In this document: positions 9,019-21,604 of the stretch, one piece after another | Layout: every line of letters begins with the position of its first letter | How positions within the stretch are numbered: the first letter of the stretch is position 1 | DNA from: an uncultured Chlorobiaceae bacterium | GTDB taxonomy: Bacteria > Bacteroidota > Chlorobiia > Chlorobiales > Chlorobiaceae | Assembly (NCBI GenBank): GCA_903820085.1 | Contig: CAIJGA010000032.1 | Coordinates: 10,109-74,108, forward strand | Direction of reading: 5' to 3' | Length of the DNA stretch: 64,000 nt | Notes under the pieces: model-generated | The model's input: the letters and a program-made list of their open reading frames with translations, nothing else | Database searches by the model: none | What the model was told of the DNA's origin: nothing | Made by a program: the position numbers and the translations under genes

Positions 9019-10464
9019 TCAGTATGCTTTGGCAAAGACGACTTTGCGTGCGGCAGGTTTTCCTGAGTAGATACAGGTGCCGGGTTCATCAATTCGGTAT
9101 TGAGCAATATAGTCGGCCTCTTCGGGAAGTACCCTGATGGTGGCTTTTGTCTCCGCCTTGATCTTTGCTTCAGTTTCTGCTGTTCCGTCCCAGTGGGCGA
9201 TGACAAATCCCTTTTCAACAGCCACCTTGAACTCCTCGTAATTCTGAACCTCAACAGTGTGATCGTTGCGGAACTGGAGCGCCTTGTCGAACATGCTTTG
9301 CTGGATGGTGTTCAGGATTTCGCTGATGCGTACCGGCAGGGTATCGTCAAGTGCCAGTTCGGTTTTTTCCAGGGTGTCGCGTCGTGCGGCAATGCAGATG
9401 CTGTTCTGGATATCACGTGGCCCGAGTTCAATACGGACAGGAATGCCCTGCAGTTCATATTCGGCAAATTTCCATCCGGGCGAGTTCTGTTCGCTGCTGT
9501 CCACAAAGGAGGGAATGCCGTTTTTGTTGAGGTCGTGGGCAATGGCATTGGCCCGTTCAATAACGGCAGCCTTGTCGCCCTTGAGAATCGGAATGATGAC
9601 CACCTGGCGTGTGGCAAGTTTTGGCGGAAGCACCAGACCGCGATCATCAGAGTGGGCCATGATCAGGGCACCGATCAGCCTGGTCGAAACGCCCCAGCTT
9701 GTTGCCCAGACATACTCAAGTTCCCCCTCTTTTGTCTGGAACTGGCAGTCAAATGCCTTGGCAAAATTTTGGCCAAGATTGTGAGAGGTTCCCGCCTGGA
9801 GCGCTTTGCTGTCCTGCATCATCGCTTCAATGCACCAGGTATCAACCGCACCGGCAAATTTTTCGTTGTCGGTTTTCTTGCCCATAATAACCGGCATGGC
9901 CATATACTCTTCAGCAAACGTCTTGTAGACGTTGATCATGCGGAGCACCTCTTCCTGCGACTCCTCCGGGTTGGCATGGGCGGTATGACCCTCCTGCCAG
10001 AGAAATTCTGTGGTTCTCAGGAAAAGACGGGTTCTCATCTCCCAGCGTACCACGTTAGCCCACTGGTTGATCAGAATCGGCAGGTCGCGGTATGACTGAA
10101 TCCACTTTTTATAGGAAGACCAGATGATCGTTTCCGATGTCGGGCGGATATAGAGCTTTTCAGCCAGCTCTTCACCTCCTCCGTGGGTAACAACAGCGCA
10201 TTCAGGAGCAAAGCCCTCAATATGCTCGGCCTCTTTTGCAATGAAGCTTTCAGGAATAAAAAGCGGGAAATAAGCGTTGACATGGCCGGTCTCCTTGAAC
10301 ATCCGGTCAAGGGCGGCCTGCATTTTTTCCCAGATTGCATAGCCGTTTGGCCGAATGACCATGCATCCCCTGACATCGGCATAATCGGCCAGTTTTGCGG
10401 ATCGCACAAGGTCAATATACCACTGGGAATAGTCCTCGCTTCTTGAAGTGATTTTATCTGCCAC
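9019..10464 (-). CDS. proS: proline--tRNA ligase (archaeal/eukaryote-like type, no insertion editing domain)
   Basis: 481 aa. The N-terminus [36 protein letters not shown], the class II motifs and the C-terminal ...VVFAKAY are typical of this ProRS type. Confidence 0.95.
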   Translation of the reverse strand: MADKITSRSEDYSQWYIDLVRSAKLADYADVRGCMVIRPNGYAIWEKMQAALDRMFKETGHVNAYFPLFIPESFIAKEAEHIEGFAPECAVVTHGGGEELAEKLYIRPTSETIIWSSYKKWIQSYRDLPILINQWANVVRWEMRTRLFLRTTEFLWQEGHTAHANPEESQEEVLRMINVYKTFAEEYMAMPVIMGKKTDNEKFAGAVDTWCIEAMMQDSKALQAGTSHNLGQNFAKAFDCQFQTKEGELEYVWATSWGVSTRLIGALIMAHSDDRGLVLPPKLATRQVVIIPILKGDKAAVIERANAIAHDLNKNGIPSFVDSSEQNSPGWKFAEYELQGIPVRIELGPRDIQNSICIAARRDTLEKTELALDDTLPVRISEILNTIQQSMFDKALQFRNDHTVEVQNYEEFKVAVEKGFVIAHWDGTAETEAKIKAETKATIRVLPEEADYIAQYRIDEPGTCIYSGKPAARKVVFAKAY

Positions 10465-10521
10465 GTTTTCGGTTAAATGATGGTTACTGAAGAAGAATAG
10501 TGTGGAAAAATATACAACCTG

Positions 10522-11259
10522 CTATTCAAATTTTTTCATCTTTTCCATAAGGTTTTTCAGATGAGCTTTCTGTCGCGCATCCAGAGGTTTCTGGTTGTCG
10601 GCAACTTTCCGGTATCCTGCAGGTATCGCGAATTGAGAGGAGGGAACTGTTTTTGGCCAGATTTGAACAACTTCCATCATGTATTTTCCGTTATCGTTAT
10701 ATTGTACGATCTTGACGGGGAATCCCTCAATTCCTTCAGTGCTGAGTTTTTTTGCAAGCTGGGTATTGGAGAGACGGGGGTTCTGAGATTGAAGGATTCT
10801 GAAGGTCGAGAAATCGCCAAGATCGCTGGTAACCCAGAGTTCCAGTTTTTCTGTGCTGCTGGTGAGCATGATGTGCTGGCAACGGTAGCCTTTGATGGTT
10901 TGTGTTCCAAGTTTTGCAAGGGTATAGTTACTGTCGAAATCAAGCAGCATGGCATTTTCGGCCGCAGTTTTCAAATTGACAAGGCTGTAATTTCTGGCCT
11001 GGTGATTGATGATGTAAGCCTGGTCCGGCTGGGATGCTTTGGTGATGACCGTTGTTTTGAGCTGGTCTGGTATTTTGTTCATCTGCATGATCATGTCCAT
11101 GCGTTGCGCCCCTGTTCCGAACGAGTAGGTGACTTTAGCGGAACCGTTCGGCATGGTAAGCGTCATGGCCATAATGCCGGTAAATTTTGAAGCGGCCGAT
11201 GCAGTTGTGCCTTGAACGGCAAAAAGCAGCATGAGTATTGCAAGAAGAACTTTTTTCAT
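10522..11259 (-). CDS. exported protein, DUF4412-like
   Basis: Signal peptide. Composition and length resemble DUF4412 periplasmic proteins. The family assignment is from memory only. Confidence 0.5.
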   Translation of the reverse strand: MKKVLLAILMLLFAVQGTTASAASKFTGIMAMTLTMPNGSAKVTYSFGTGAQRMDMIMQMNKIPDQLKTTVITKASQPDQAYIINHQARNYSLVNLKTAAENAMLLDFDSNYTLAKLGTQTIKGYRCQHIMLTSSTEKLELWVTSDLGDFSTFRILQSQNPRLSNTQLAKKLSTEGIEGFPVKIVQYNDNGKYMMEVVQIWPKTVPSSQFAIPAGYRKVADNQKPLDARQKAHLKNLMEKMKKFE

Positions 11260-11397
11260 CGTGTCGTAGCTTTGTCAGGGTCGTTTGTGATGTTCTGTTG
11301 TGCAGGAAGATCGGTTATCATGATGAACTGGTAATGTACTCTTTGTAATGGTACGTGACAGGATTTTTTTATAGAACAGTTGCATTAACAGGGTGTA

Positions 11398-12288
11398 ATG
11401 GAAGAGGTGAAAGTGTGGGAGGTTGTTGAACTGCTCAAGACAACAACTGAGTTTTTTGTTGCAAAAAAAGTCGATGAACCCCGCATCAGCGCCGAGTTGC
11501 TTCTGGGGCATATTCTTGTCAGGAGCCGCCTTGAGCTCTACCTGCAGCACAATCGGCCGGTTTATGAGGATGAGCTTGATCGTTTCAGGGCATGTTGCCG
11601 CCAGCGGATAGAAGGTCGTCCGGTTCAGTACATTACCGGAGAGCAGTACTTTTACGGCTTGCAGTTTATGGTTGATGAACGGGTTCTCATTCCCCGTCCT
11701 GAAACGGAGCTGCTTGTCGAACACGCTCTTGAATCTCTCGGCATGACCGGTCGCGGCGGTTCCCGAGAGGCGAGGATTCTTGATATTGGTACAGGAAGCG
11801 GTTGCATGGCGGTAACCATGGCGTCCCTTTGTCCATTGCTGCAGGTGACCGCCGTCGATTGCTCCCTTGATGCTCTTGCTGTTGCTCGCCTTAATGCAGC
11901 AAAGCATGGTGTGGAATCCCGGATCGCATTTGTTTTTGCTGATATGTTCGAAGAGTTTTTTGCTTCAAAGTTGCCCGGAACGCCTTATGACCTGATTGTC
12001 TCCAATCCGCCCTATATTCCAGCTCTCGAATGGGAGACTCTGCAACGCGAGGTAAAGCAGTTCGAACCGAAAATTGCATTGACAACGCTTCATGGACTGG
12101 AATGCTACCGCGCTATTGCGGCACAGGCAATAAAGCTGCTTGTTCCGGGAGGCATCCTCTGCTTTGAACTCCATGCCGATGCCGCCCTTATGGTCTCGGA
12201 AATCATGGAGATAAATGGTTTTCGCGGAATAACGGTCGCAAAGGATTATTCCGGGCATGACAGGATTATTTCAGGGATTTTTGCCTGA
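11398..12288 (+). CDS. prmC: peptide chain release factor N5-glutamine methyltransferase
   Basis: PRPETE, SAM-binding DIGTGSG and catalytic NPPY (SNPPYIP) motifs. Confidence 0.85.
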   Translation: MEEVKVWEVVELLKTTTEFFVAKKVDEPRISAELLLGHILVRSRLELYLQHNRPVYEDELDRFRACCRQRIEGRPVQYITGEQYFYGLQFMVDERVLIPRPETELLVEHALESLGMTGRGGSREARILDIGTGSGCMAVTMASLCPLLQVTAVDCSLDALAVARLNAAKHGVESRIAFVFADMFEEFFASKLPGTPYDLIVSNPPYIPALEWETLQREVKQFEPKIALTTLHGLECYRAIAAQAIKLLVPGGILCFELHADAALMVSEIMEINGFRGITVAKDYSGHDRIISGIFA

Positions 12289-12449
12289 AGAGGGTTGGCG
12301 GGGCTTTTTTTCGTGAAAACAGAGTTGCGGGACTATAATTATAGAGCTTTATTATAATAGTATTCACAGGGTGCAGAAAAGATTTGTTTTTTTAAATTCA
12401 CCTGTTTGTTTTCTCTTATCATGTATGGTAATCACTTGGGTGTACGTTG

Positions 12450-13502
12450 ATGGAATTTCGTGATCTCAATTTGAGAGAGCGGCAGGTTCTGGGAATCATT
12501 ATCCAGTCCTATGTTGTGACCGCGGCTCCGGTAGGTTCAAGATATATAGCCAGAAATTACAATCTTGGTCTTTCTGATGCCACGATACGCAATGTCATGG
12601 CTGAACTTGAAAATGAAGGCTATATCAGCCAGCCGCATACTTCAGCGGGCAGAATTCCGACCGATAAGGGGTATCGCTATTATGTTGATCTCATCATGAC
12701 CTTTCAATGTCTTGATGACCAGGAAAAAAAGAGAATTGAGGAAAATGTCGGTCAAATCAGTATCGATCGAAAGGGGACATCGTCTGATGTGCTTCTCTCA
12801 GCCGTTAAGGTTCTTGGCACGATTTCAAGGCAGTTGAGTGTTGTTTTGTCACCGACGCTCTCTAATGCGATTTTTGAAAAACTGGATATGGTATTGCTGA
12901 GTTCGACCCGAATGATGGTGATTCTCTCCATTCAGTCGTTGTTTGTCAAGACCATTGTCATGGAACTCGATCTTGAGGTTTCCCGTCAGACCGTTGACGG
13001 AGTGGTCGATATGCTTAATCAACGCTTGTCGGGCCTGACGCTTGCCGAAATTCGCCGCTCAATTACCCGGCGACTTTCGGATTGCAGTTGCGACATTGCT
13101 CTTAAAAATCTTATTGTCCGCTCGGCCGGCACCCTTTTTGATGAATCGCCTATTTTTGAACGCCTCTATATCTCCGGTACTGAATATATTGTCGATCAGC
13201 CCGAGTTCAAGCAGCCTGAAAAGGTTCGGGATCTTATCACCATGATTGAGGATAAGTTCAGTATGGCAAAGCTTGTTGAAAACAGCGGGCCGTCGCACAT
13301 GGATATTACCATCAGTATTGGCAAGGAGAACTGCGAACGGCAGGCTGAAGACCTGACCATTGTCTCAACGCCTTACTATGTTGGAAATATGGTTGGAAAA
13401 CTCGGGATACTCGGACCGAAAAGAATGGATTATGAGCATGCAGTCCGTGTTCTCAATTATATGGCCGACAGCCTTTCTGCAACGCTGTCGGGTGTTAACT
13501 AA
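12450..13502 (+). CDS. hrcA: heat-inducible transcription repressor HrcA
   Basis: N-terminal winged helix ([25 protein letters not shown]), [18 protein letters not shown], and position directly upstream of grpE-dnaJ. Confidence 0.9.
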   Translation: MEFRDLNLRERQVLGIIIQSYVVTAAPVGSRYIARNYNLGLSDATIRNVMAELENEGYISQPHTSAGRIPTDKGYRYYVDLIMTFQCLDDQEKKRIEENVGQISIDRKGTSSDVLLSAVKVLGTISRQLSVVLSPTLSNAIFEKLDMVLLSSTRMMVILSIQSLFVKTIVMELDLEVSRQTVDGVVDMLNQRLSGLTLAEIRRSITRRLSDCSCDIALKNLIVRSAGTLFDESPIFERLYISGTEYIVDQPEFKQPEKVRDLITMIEDKFSMAKLVENSGPSHMDITISIGKENCERQAEDLTIVSTPYYVGNMVGKLGILGPKRMDYEHAVRVLNYMADSLSATLSGVN

Positions 13503-13518
13503 AAAAAGCAATGTATTT

Positions 13519-14142
13519 ATGACAAAGAAAGCCATGGATCAGCAAGAGAGTAATAAAGAGCATTTGGAAGATATACCCGAAATCGGTGAGGTTCAGGACT
13601 GCACCGCAGCCGATGCGGAGTGGTCTCAGGGGGAACCGTCTAAAGAGAGTGAATCAGCTACGGCAAGGATAGCTGAGCTTGAAGCTGAGCTGAACAGCCA
13701 GAAAGAGCAAGGTGGCAAGTATCGTGATGAGTTGTTGCGGAGAGCTGCAGATTTTGAGAATTTCCGCAAGCAGAAGGAGCGCGAGACCATGATGGCCTCT
13801 TCAAGAGTCCTTGAGAATATTATCAGGGAGCTGCTTCCGGTTATTGATGATGTCAAGCGGCTTCTTGATCATGCTCCCGTTGATGCTGAACGCGCAACTG
13901 AAGCACGTCCTTATATTGAGGGTGTGGAGATGGTGAAGAAAAATCTTGAAAAGTGGCTTGATCAAAAAGGGGTGAAGGCTATAGATTCGAAAGGGATGAA
14001 GCTTGATGTGAACTTCCATGAAGCCATTTCCCAGATCGATCATCCCGATGCAGAGCCAGACGTGATTGTTGAGGAGTACCAGACAGGATATCTGCTGGGA
14101 GAGAAGGTTATCCGACATGCAAAGGTCATCGTAGCCAGATAG
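13519..14142 (+). CDS. grpE: nucleotide exchange factor GrpE
   Basis: [22 protein letters not shown] and the C-terminal beta domain (HEAISQ...[17 protein letters not shown]). The ATG at 13519 lies just after the hrcA stop; the ORF track extends upstream into hrcA. Confidence 0.9.
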   Translation: MTKKAMDQQESNKEHLEDIPEIGEVQDCTAADAEWSQGEPSKESESATARIAELEAELNSQKEQGGKYRDELLRRAADFENFRKQKERETMMASSRVLENIIRELLPVIDDVKRLLDHAPVDAERATEARPYIEGVEMVKKNLEKWLDQKGVKAIDSKGMKLDVNFHEAISQIDHPDAEPDVIVEEYQTGYLLGEKVIRHAKVIVAR

Positions 14143-14195
14143 CGTGGTACTATTTTTAGAATAAATGATATCCAAGAACATTTGCAGGTCTAATT

Positions 14196-15383
14196 ATGAA
14201 GAGAGAATATTACGAGGTTCTTGGTGTAAGCCGGACAGCGACCAAGGACGAAATAAAGAAGGCATACAGGAAATTGGCCTTGCAGTTTCATCCCGACAAG
14301 AATCCTGACAACAAGGATGCCGAGGATCATTTCAAAGAGGTAAACGAAGCTTATGAAGTGCTGAGTAACGACGACAAGCGTCGCCGTTACGACCAGTTTG
14401 GTCATGCCGGTGTTGGCTCTTCTGCCGCTTCCGGTGGCGGGCAGCCTGGCGGTGGCGCCGATTTGAACGATATTTTCAGCGCCTTTAACGACATGTTCAG
14501 CGGCGGCAGAAACAGGGGAGGCGGTTCCCCGTTTGGTTTTGAAGATGCATTTGGTGGCGGCGGAAGACGAGGCCGTGCATCTGGCGGCATTCCCGGAACC
14601 GATCTGAAAATTCGTCTCAAGCTGACCCTTGAGGAGATTGCCAAGGGTGTCGAAAAAACACTGAAGATCAAAAAACAGGTAGCCTGCAAGGAGTGTAACG
14701 GAAGCGGCTCGAAATCGGGTGCAACCGAGAACTGCCAGACCTGCCACGGCAGCGGAGAGGTGCGTCAGGTTTCAAAAACGATGTTCGGTCAGTTTGTCAA
14801 TGTTGCGACATGTCCGACATGCGGTGGTGAAGGCCGGATGATCAAGGATCGCTGTCCTGCCTGTTACGGGGAAGGGATTAAGCTTGGAGAGGTGACCGTC
14901 AAGGTTGCCGTCCCATCAGGAGTTGAAGATGGAAATTACCTTACGCTGCGCGGCCAGGGTAATTCGGGGCCGAGAGGTGGCGCAGCCGGTGATCTGATCG
15001 TTGTGATTGAGGAGATCCCGCATGAGCTCTTCTCGCGCAATGGAGATGATGTGATCTATACTCTTGCTGTCAGTTTTCCTGATCTTGTACTCGGCACGAA
15101 AGTTGATGTTCCGACGCTTGACGGAGCGGTCAAGCTGACCATTCCACCCTCGACACAGCCGGAAACCATGCTTCGCATTGCTGGTCACGGGATAGGTCAT
15201 CTGAGAGGTTCGTCAAGGGGTGACCAGTATGTAAAAGTCAATGTCTTTGTACCGAAAGATCTTTCGCACCAGGACAAGGAGTTGCTGAAGGAGATGAAAA
15301 AATCAGCAGGGATTTCACCTTCGGCCCATAATGACAAGAACGCAAAAGGTTTTTTTGAAAAAGCCCGTGATATTTTCAGTTAA
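14196..15383 (+). CDS. dnaJ: molecular chaperone DnaJ
   Basis: J domain with HPD, a G/F-rich region, and four CxxCxGxG zinc-finger repeats. Confidence 0.95.
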   Translation: MKREYYEVLGVSRTATKDEIKKAYRKLALQFHPDKNPDNKDAEDHFKEVNEAYEVLSNDDKRRRYDQFGHAGVGSSAASGGGQPGGGADLNDIFSAFNDMFSGGRNRGGGSPFGFEDAFGGGGRRGRASGGIPGTDLKIRLKLTLEEIAKGVEKTLKIKKQVACKECNGSGSKSGATENCQTCHGSGEVRQVSKTMFGQFVNVATCPTCGGEGRMIKDRCPACYGEGIKLGEVTVKVAVPSGVEDGNYLTLRGQGNSGPRGGAAGDLIVVIEEIPHELFSRNGDDVIYTLAVSFPDLVLGTKVDVPTLDGAVKLTIPPSTQPETMLRIAGHGIGHLRGSSRGDQYVKVNVFVPKDLSHQDKELLKEMKKSAGISPSAHNDKNAKGFFEKARDIFS

Positions 15384-15414
15384 GAGAATTTTTCCGTTAT
15401 GGTAGTAAATAAAA

Positions 15415-15441
15415 AAGGCCGGCTTATAACCGGCCTTTTTT
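15415..15441. terminator. bidirectional rho-independent terminator between dnaJ and the malic enzyme gene
   Basis: GGCCGG (15417-15422), a 7-nt loop, then CCGGCC (15430-15435). An A-run lies upstream and a T-run downstream. Confidence 0.7.
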
Positions 15442-15464
15442 ATTGTCTGGGAATTACACTCTTG

Positions 15465-16667
15465 TTAGTTCAGCAATGCGCCTGCCAGTGTTTCCAATTC
15501 GGATTCTTCAACAGCCAAGCCGCTTTCGAGTCCTATTTTTGAGATAGTGTCAACAATATTCGGTACAACATCTTTGTTAAAAGCTGTCGGCATCAAACTG
15601 TCGCGAGTTGGCTCAATGGAGTAGGCGATTGACGTCGCGACAGCCATTTTGATTTCAGAGGTCACTTTCTTGATGCCGCTGACAAAGAGTCCTTTGAAGA
15701 GGCCAGGAAAAACAAGGGCATTGTTAACCTGATTCAGAAGGTCTGAACGGCCTGTTCCGACAACGCTGGCACCAGCCTTGTAGGCAAGGTCAGGCATGAT
15801 TTCAGGCTCAGGATTGGCCATGGCGAAAATAAATGGCGCACTGTTCATTCCCTCAATCATGGCAGGAGTGACGATTTTGCCGATAGAGACGCCAACAAAG
15901 ACATCAGTACCAACCATCGTGCTCTGGAGATCACCTGAATGCTTTGCCTTGTTGCTGATTTCAGCGATTCCCTGCTTGATTGAATTCATGCCCGGACGAC
16001 CATCGTAGATTGCGCCCTGCGTATCAACCAGTACAACTTCTTTGACCTTTGCATAAATCAACAGTCTTGCGATGGCAATACCGGCAGCTCCGGCACCATT
16101 GACGACGACTGAAAGATCCTTGATGTCACGATTGGTTACACGGCAGGCATTGATGATGGCTGCCAAGGTTACGATGGCAGTTCCGTCCTGGTCATCATGA
16201 AAAACCGGAATTGAGAGTTCCTCTTCGAGGCGCGTAAAAATTTCAAAACATCTTGGTGCTGAAATGTCTTCAAGATTGATGCCTGCAAAACTTGGCTCAA
16301 TCATCTTGCAGAATTTAATGATTTCTTCTACATCGGTTGAGTTGATACAGAGCGGCATAGCATCAATATCAGCAAACTCTTTAAAAATGATAGCTTTGCC
16401 TTCCATGACCGGCATGGCAGCCTCAGGACCGAGGTCACCGAGACCAAGAATTGCGGTGCCGTCGCTGACAACCGCGACCTGATTGCCCCGATTGGTCAGG
16501 GTATAGGATTTCTGTTTGTCGAGGCCGATCGCTGTACAAACGGCCGCAACGCCAGGAGTATAAGCCAAAGAGAGATCATCTTTGGTTTTAATGCTGACTT
16601 TTGAGCGGATTTCGATTTTTCCGCGCGATTTGAGATGTAACTCTATCGATGGTTTTGAATAATCCAT
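15465..16667 (-). CDS. NAD(P)-dependent malic enzyme (short form, no PTA domain)
   Basis: LSLAYTPGVA, VVSDGTAILGLGDLG and VVNGAGAAGIA motifs. Confidence 0.9.
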   Translation of the reverse strand: MDYSKPSIELHLKSRGKIEIRSKVSIKTKDDLSLAYTPGVAAVCTAIGLDKQKSYTLTNRGNQVAVVSDGTAILGLGDLGPEAAMPVMEGKAIIFKEFADIDAMPLCINSTDVEEIIKFCKMIEPSFAGINLEDISAPRCFEIFTRLEEELSIPVFHDDQDGTAIVTLAAIINACRVTNRDIKDLSVVVNGAGAAGIAIARLLIYAKVKEVVLVDTQGAIYDGRPGMNSIKQGIAEISNKAKHSGDLQSTMVGTDVFVGVSIGKIVTPAMIEGMNSAPFIFAMANPEPEIMPDLAYKAGASVVGTGRSDLLNQVNNALVFPGLFKGLFVSGIKKVTSEIKMAVATSIAYSIEPTRDSLMPTAFNKDVVPNIVDTISKIGLESGLAVEESELETLAGALLN

Positions 16668-16941
16668 GTGCTTAAACTGACTCCCTTGTCATGTCTGTCG
16701 TATTATAATAAAATAAGCTTGTCGTACTGGGTGGTGTGCCGGTGAACGCAGGTAAACGTATCGAAACATCCCTTAAAAAAGGGCTACAGGCGGACAAGGT
16801 GATTTAGGAACAGCTTAATCTAATTTTATTTACTTGTTTTCCTAAGACTCATTTGCAAAACGGCCCACAGATTTCAATTTCTGCTGACTGTGTTGACCGC
16901 GCACTATGAAGACTGTCGGATTTTGACAAGCAATTACGTTG

Positions 16942-17391
16942 CTATTCCTTTATTTTGTATGCTTCGTTCAGCTCATCGACATATTTGGCAATGACGCTCT
17001 GGTCAGAAAGCTGATCAGGCGCAAAAATCTTTTCGGCAATGATGGTGCTGCCTATAAGGTTAAGTTTTAATTGCGGAAGATAGAGCAGATTGGCCATCAG
17101 TTCAGGACTGCCGCAGGTGAGAAACAGGGCAATTTTTTTGCCTTGAAGGCAGCTTTTCAGGTTGCTTTGCAGGAGAGCTCCAAGAAGTTCCGATGCAACA
17201 AGCAGATAGTAAATCGGGGCACCCATGATGACAACGTCAAACTCCTTGACGAAGCTGTAATCGCCTGTCGTTTTGCATTTTGCTTTTTCGACATAAGCGC
17301 CTGTTTCAGCAAGTTTCTGTCCAATTGAATCGATGAGCTTTTCGGTCGAACCTCCTGAAGTTTTGCTGTCGAACAGGATGATTGCTTTCAT
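16942..17391 (-). CDS. flavodoxin-like fold protein
   Basis: MKAIILFDSKTSGGSTEKL N-terminus and VVIMGAPIYY. Start chosen at 17391; the upstream in-frame extension to 17520 translates an A/T-rich intergenic hairpin. Confidence 0.6.
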   Translation of the reverse strand: MKAIILFDSKTSGGSTEKLIDSIGQKLAETGAYVEKAKCKTTGDYSFVKEFDVVIMGAPIYYLLVASELLGALLQSNLKSCLQGKKIALFLTCGSPELMANLLYLPQLKLNLIGSTIIAEKIFAPDQLSDQSVIAKYVDELNEAYKIKE

Positions 17392-17538
17392 GGGCGGAGT
17401 TGCAGTGTGTGCCATAAGAAAAAAGGATAGTTGTGTTGAACACAGAACTGAAATGATCAAGGCGTAAAAAGCAAAGTACAAAAAAAAGCGCCCCGTTAAG
17501 AGCGCCTTTTTTATAATCATCGTTTTGAAGAGTGGTGT

Positions 17539-18630
<1,092 letters not shown>

Positions 18631-18658
18631 TTAAGATATGATTTGCAACTGGAATTAT

Positions 18659-20128
18659 TCAGGAATTTTTTTGAAAACTTTCTGTCAGAAGATTTTTCAG
18701 GTTACCAAAGCTTCCGTTGCTGAGCAAGACAACCACATCTCCTTCATTCAGTTGGGGTTGAAGAAATTCCACAATATCGGCCGGATAGTTTGCGGGATCA
18801 ACACCAGCAAGAAAAACGGTTTTTCCCTCTCTTTGCAGTTCATTTTTCAGCCGTCGGGTATCAAGTGATTTTTCAGGCCCGTAGCGTTCAGGCCGGTGAA
18901 CCTTTCCCATGACCACAATCGAGGCTGGTCCGAAACATTCGGCCAGTTCCTGCTGAAAGATATTCCGGGTAGTTGTATTTGAGCGAGGCTCAAAACAGGT
19001 CACAATCCGTCGTCCGGCATAGAGATCTCCTAGCGCTTCAAGTGTTACTCTGATGGCGGTAGGATGATGCGCGAAATCCTCAATAAGCGTGATGTTCCGC
19101 GCGTAGGTCCCAACAATTTCCATACGTCGTTTGGGACGTTTGAAGAGGGGCATGGCGCGCATTATGGCATCAATGGGGAGGCCGCATTGGGTTGCAGCAG
19201 CGATTGCTGCCAGAGTATTCATAATGTTGTGATTGCCGAAAAGCGGAACGCGAATTGTACCCTGGAGAGTGCCCTGATAGACAAGATCAAACGTTGATGC
19301 TTCGCTGTCCGTCTTGATGTTGCAGGCGTTCCATTCTGACTCATTGTTCAGACCGAACCGTTCAACCCGGCAGAATGCCCTGGAAGCAACTTCAAGGGCA
19401 ACCTTGTCGTCACCGTTCACCAGCAAGGTGCCGTTACCGGGAATCAAATTGACAAAGAGCCTGAAACTGCGCTTGATATCCTCAAGAGAGTCAAAAATAT
19501 CGGCGTGGTCAAATTCAATATTGTTAATAATGGCAATGTCGGGTCTGTAGAGCAGGAACTTGCTTCGCTTGTCGAAAAAGGCGGTATCGTACTCATCACC
19601 TTCGGTCACAAAAAAGCCCTCTTCGCTGCGTCCCGAAGCCCGGGATCCTATGGAAAAGTTTTCAGGTATACCGCCAACAAGAAATCCCGGCTTAAGCCCG
19701 CCATGTTCGAGCAACCAGGCCAACAGTGAAGTGGTGGTTGTTTTGCCATGTGTGCCTGCCACCACAATGGAGGTGTTGTCGCAAATCAGGTGACGCCGAA
19801 CCAGTTCCGACATCGACAGGAGCTCAAGATGATGGTTCAGGGCATATTCGAGTTCCGGATTTCCCCGGCTTATTGCATTGCCGACAACGACAATATCCGG
19901 CGAGGCACTCTGCAGGTTCGTGACGGAAAAACCGGTGAAGTAGCGGATATTGTGATCGTCAAGATAGCTGCTCATTGGCGGATAGAGCTGCGTATCAGAG
20001 CCACTGATGGCATGACCTGCATGGGAAAGGGCCACGGCAACGGATGCCATTGCCGTACCGCCGATACCGAGAAAGTAGAAGGAGCTCATCGTGGGATGAT
20101 TGTCAAATTCCGAATTACTGTGCTGCAT
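18659..20128 (-). CDS. mpl: UDP-N-acetylmuramate:L-alanyl-gamma-D-glutamyl-meso-diaminopimelate ligase
   Basis: Close motif-by-motif resemblance to E. coli Mpl (GSD..YPPMS, GNA.SRGNPE, AGTHGKTTT, EGDEYDTAFFDKRSKF, NNIEFDHADIF). Start at 20128 or 20089. Confidence 0.85.
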   Translation of the reverse strand: MQHSNSEFDNHPTMSSFYFLGIGGTAMASVAVALSHAGHAISGSDTQLYPPMSSYLDDHNIRYFTGFSVTNLQSASPDIVVVGNAISRGNPELEYALNHHLELLSMSELVRRHLICDNTSIVVAGTHGKTTTTSLLAWLLEHGGLKPGFLVGGIPENFSIGSRASGRSEEGFFVTEGDEYDTAFFDKRSKFLLYRPDIAIINNIEFDHADIFDSLEDIKRSFRLFVNLIPGNGTLLVNGDDKVALEVASRAFCRVERFGLNNESEWNACNIKTDSEASTFDLVYQGTLQGTIRVPLFGNHNIMNTLAAIAAATQCGLPIDAIMRAMPLFKRPKRRMEIVGTYARNITLIEDFAHHPTAIRVTLEALGDLYAGRRIVTCFEPRSNTTTRNIFQQELAECFGPASIVVMGKVHRPERYGPEKSLDTRRLKNELQREGKTVFLAGVDPANYPADIVEFLQPQLNEGDVVVLLSNGSFGNLKNLLTESFQKNS

Positions 20129-20282
20129 ACGCAGGTTTAATGGGTTTATATACATAAAAAAACAAATAGGGCGCAGCGGCATAAAAAAATTCTCTTTTGA
20201 AAGAAGAGGTGGATGGTGTAAAAGAATGAAATGAATCTGTATTTTGACTCATAGTCTTCAATGATTTCAACCATTACCAGTT

Positions 20283-21398
20283 ATGCAGTTTATTGACCTG
20301 CTTTCGCAGAAAGAGCGGATACGTACAGCACTTCTTCATCGCATTGAAGGTATTCTGGACCGTGGCCAGTTTATCATGGGTCCGGAAATAGCCGAACTCG
20401 AATCACAACTGGCCTCCTATGTCGGCTCAAGGCACTGCGTCTCCTGCTCCTCAGGGACAGACGCACTGCTTATGCCTCTTCTTGCCAAAGGTATTGGTCC
20501 GGGAGATGCCGTGCTTACCACACCATTTACCTTTGTTGCAACGGCCGAAGTGATCAGCCTGGCGGGAGCCACTCCCGTTTTTGTTGATGTTTCTCCCGAT
20601 ACCTTCAATATGGATCCCGATCTTGTCGGCTACGCCATTGATGACGCTGTTCAGCGGGGTTTAAAACCCAAGGCACTCATTCCAGTCGATCTTTTCGGCC
20701 TGCCGGCGGATTATGACCGTCTCCATGCCGTTGCTGACGCATACAGGCTCTGGATTCTTGAGGATGCAGCACAGAGTTTCGGCGGCAGTTTGAATGGGCG
20801 CAGGGCAGGCAGTTTCGGCCTTGTCGGGGCCACCTCCTTTTTCCCGGCCAAACCACTTGGCTGCTATGGTGATGGTGGAGCAATTTTCACCGATGATGAT
20901 GAACTTGATATGCTCTTGCGCTCAATAAGAGTGCACGGGAGCGGAGTTGACAAGTACAGCAACGACCGCATTGGTATCAACGGAAGGCTTGATTCAATCC
21001 AGGCGGCAGTATTGCTCGAAAAGCTTACGATTTTTGACGATGAACTGGAAGCACGCCAGCGCATTGCCGACCTCTATAGCGAGAGGCTGCAGGGCAGGGT
21101 CATCGTTCCTCGTATTGCAGAGCACTACCGCTCGGCATGGGCGCAATACTCGGTACTTGCTGCCTCAACCCAGGAGCGCCAACAGCTTATGCACGCCTTG
21201 CAGCAGGAGGGAATTCCAACAATGATCTATTACAAGATTCCCCTTCATCTCCAGAAAGCCTACGATTTCCTCGGTTATAAAAGCGGCGATTTTCCCATTT
21301 CAGAAGATTTGAGCAGCCGGATTTTCTCGCTTCCGATGCACCCTTATCTTGAGAAAGATGAGATCGACCACATTTGTTCTGTGCTTACGCGTTCCTGA
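20283..21398 (+). CDS. DegT/DnrJ/EryC1/StrS family sugar aminotransferase
   Basis: GPEIAELE, SSGTDAL, and the PLP-Lys region SFFPAKPLGCYGDGG. Confidence 0.85.
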   Translation: MQFIDLLSQKERIRTALLHRIEGILDRGQFIMGPEIAELESQLASYVGSRHCVSCSSGTDALLMPLLAKGIGPGDAVLTTPFTFVATAEVISLAGATPVFVDVSPDTFNMDPDLVGYAIDDAVQRGLKPKALIPVDLFGLPADYDRLHAVADAYRLWILEDAAQSFGGSLNGRRAGSFGLVGATSFFPAKPLGCYGDGGAIFTDDDELDMLLRSIRVHGSGVDKYSNDRIGINGRLDSIQAAVLLEKLTIFDDELEARQRIADLYSERLQGRVIVPRIAEHYRSAWAQYSVLAASTQERQQLMHALQQEGIPTMIYYKIPLHLQKAYDFLGYKSGDFPISEDLSSRIFSLPMHPYLEKDEIDHICSVLTRS

Positions 21399-21604
21399 TC
21401 TATTGCGGGTGTTCATGCTCCATGCCATTGATCCCCAGGAGGGAATGGGAAGGTTACGACAGCAACTCCGGCAAGCATGACCAGTGTATTGATGGCGCCG
21501 ACAACAATGAACGGCGCCTCCAGTTACCCGTTGGTATGATGCAAAGCTTACAGGGTGAACTGGCGCTTGTTGCTAACGCGGACCTGCTTTATAACTCAGT
21601 GCGT

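Noticed and set aside
9100-10095. 331-aa plus-strand ORF
   Set aside because: It is antisense to proS and its product is low-complexity.
11275-11907. 210-aa minus-strand ORF
   Set aside because: It overlaps prmC on the opposite strand and has no motifs. prmC is strongly supported.
17481-17516. A-run/GCGC...GCGC/T-run element downstream of gap, a possible terminator
   Set aside because: Only a 4-bp GC stem can form, and extending it with A:T pairs needs a bulge. That is too weak to call with confidence.
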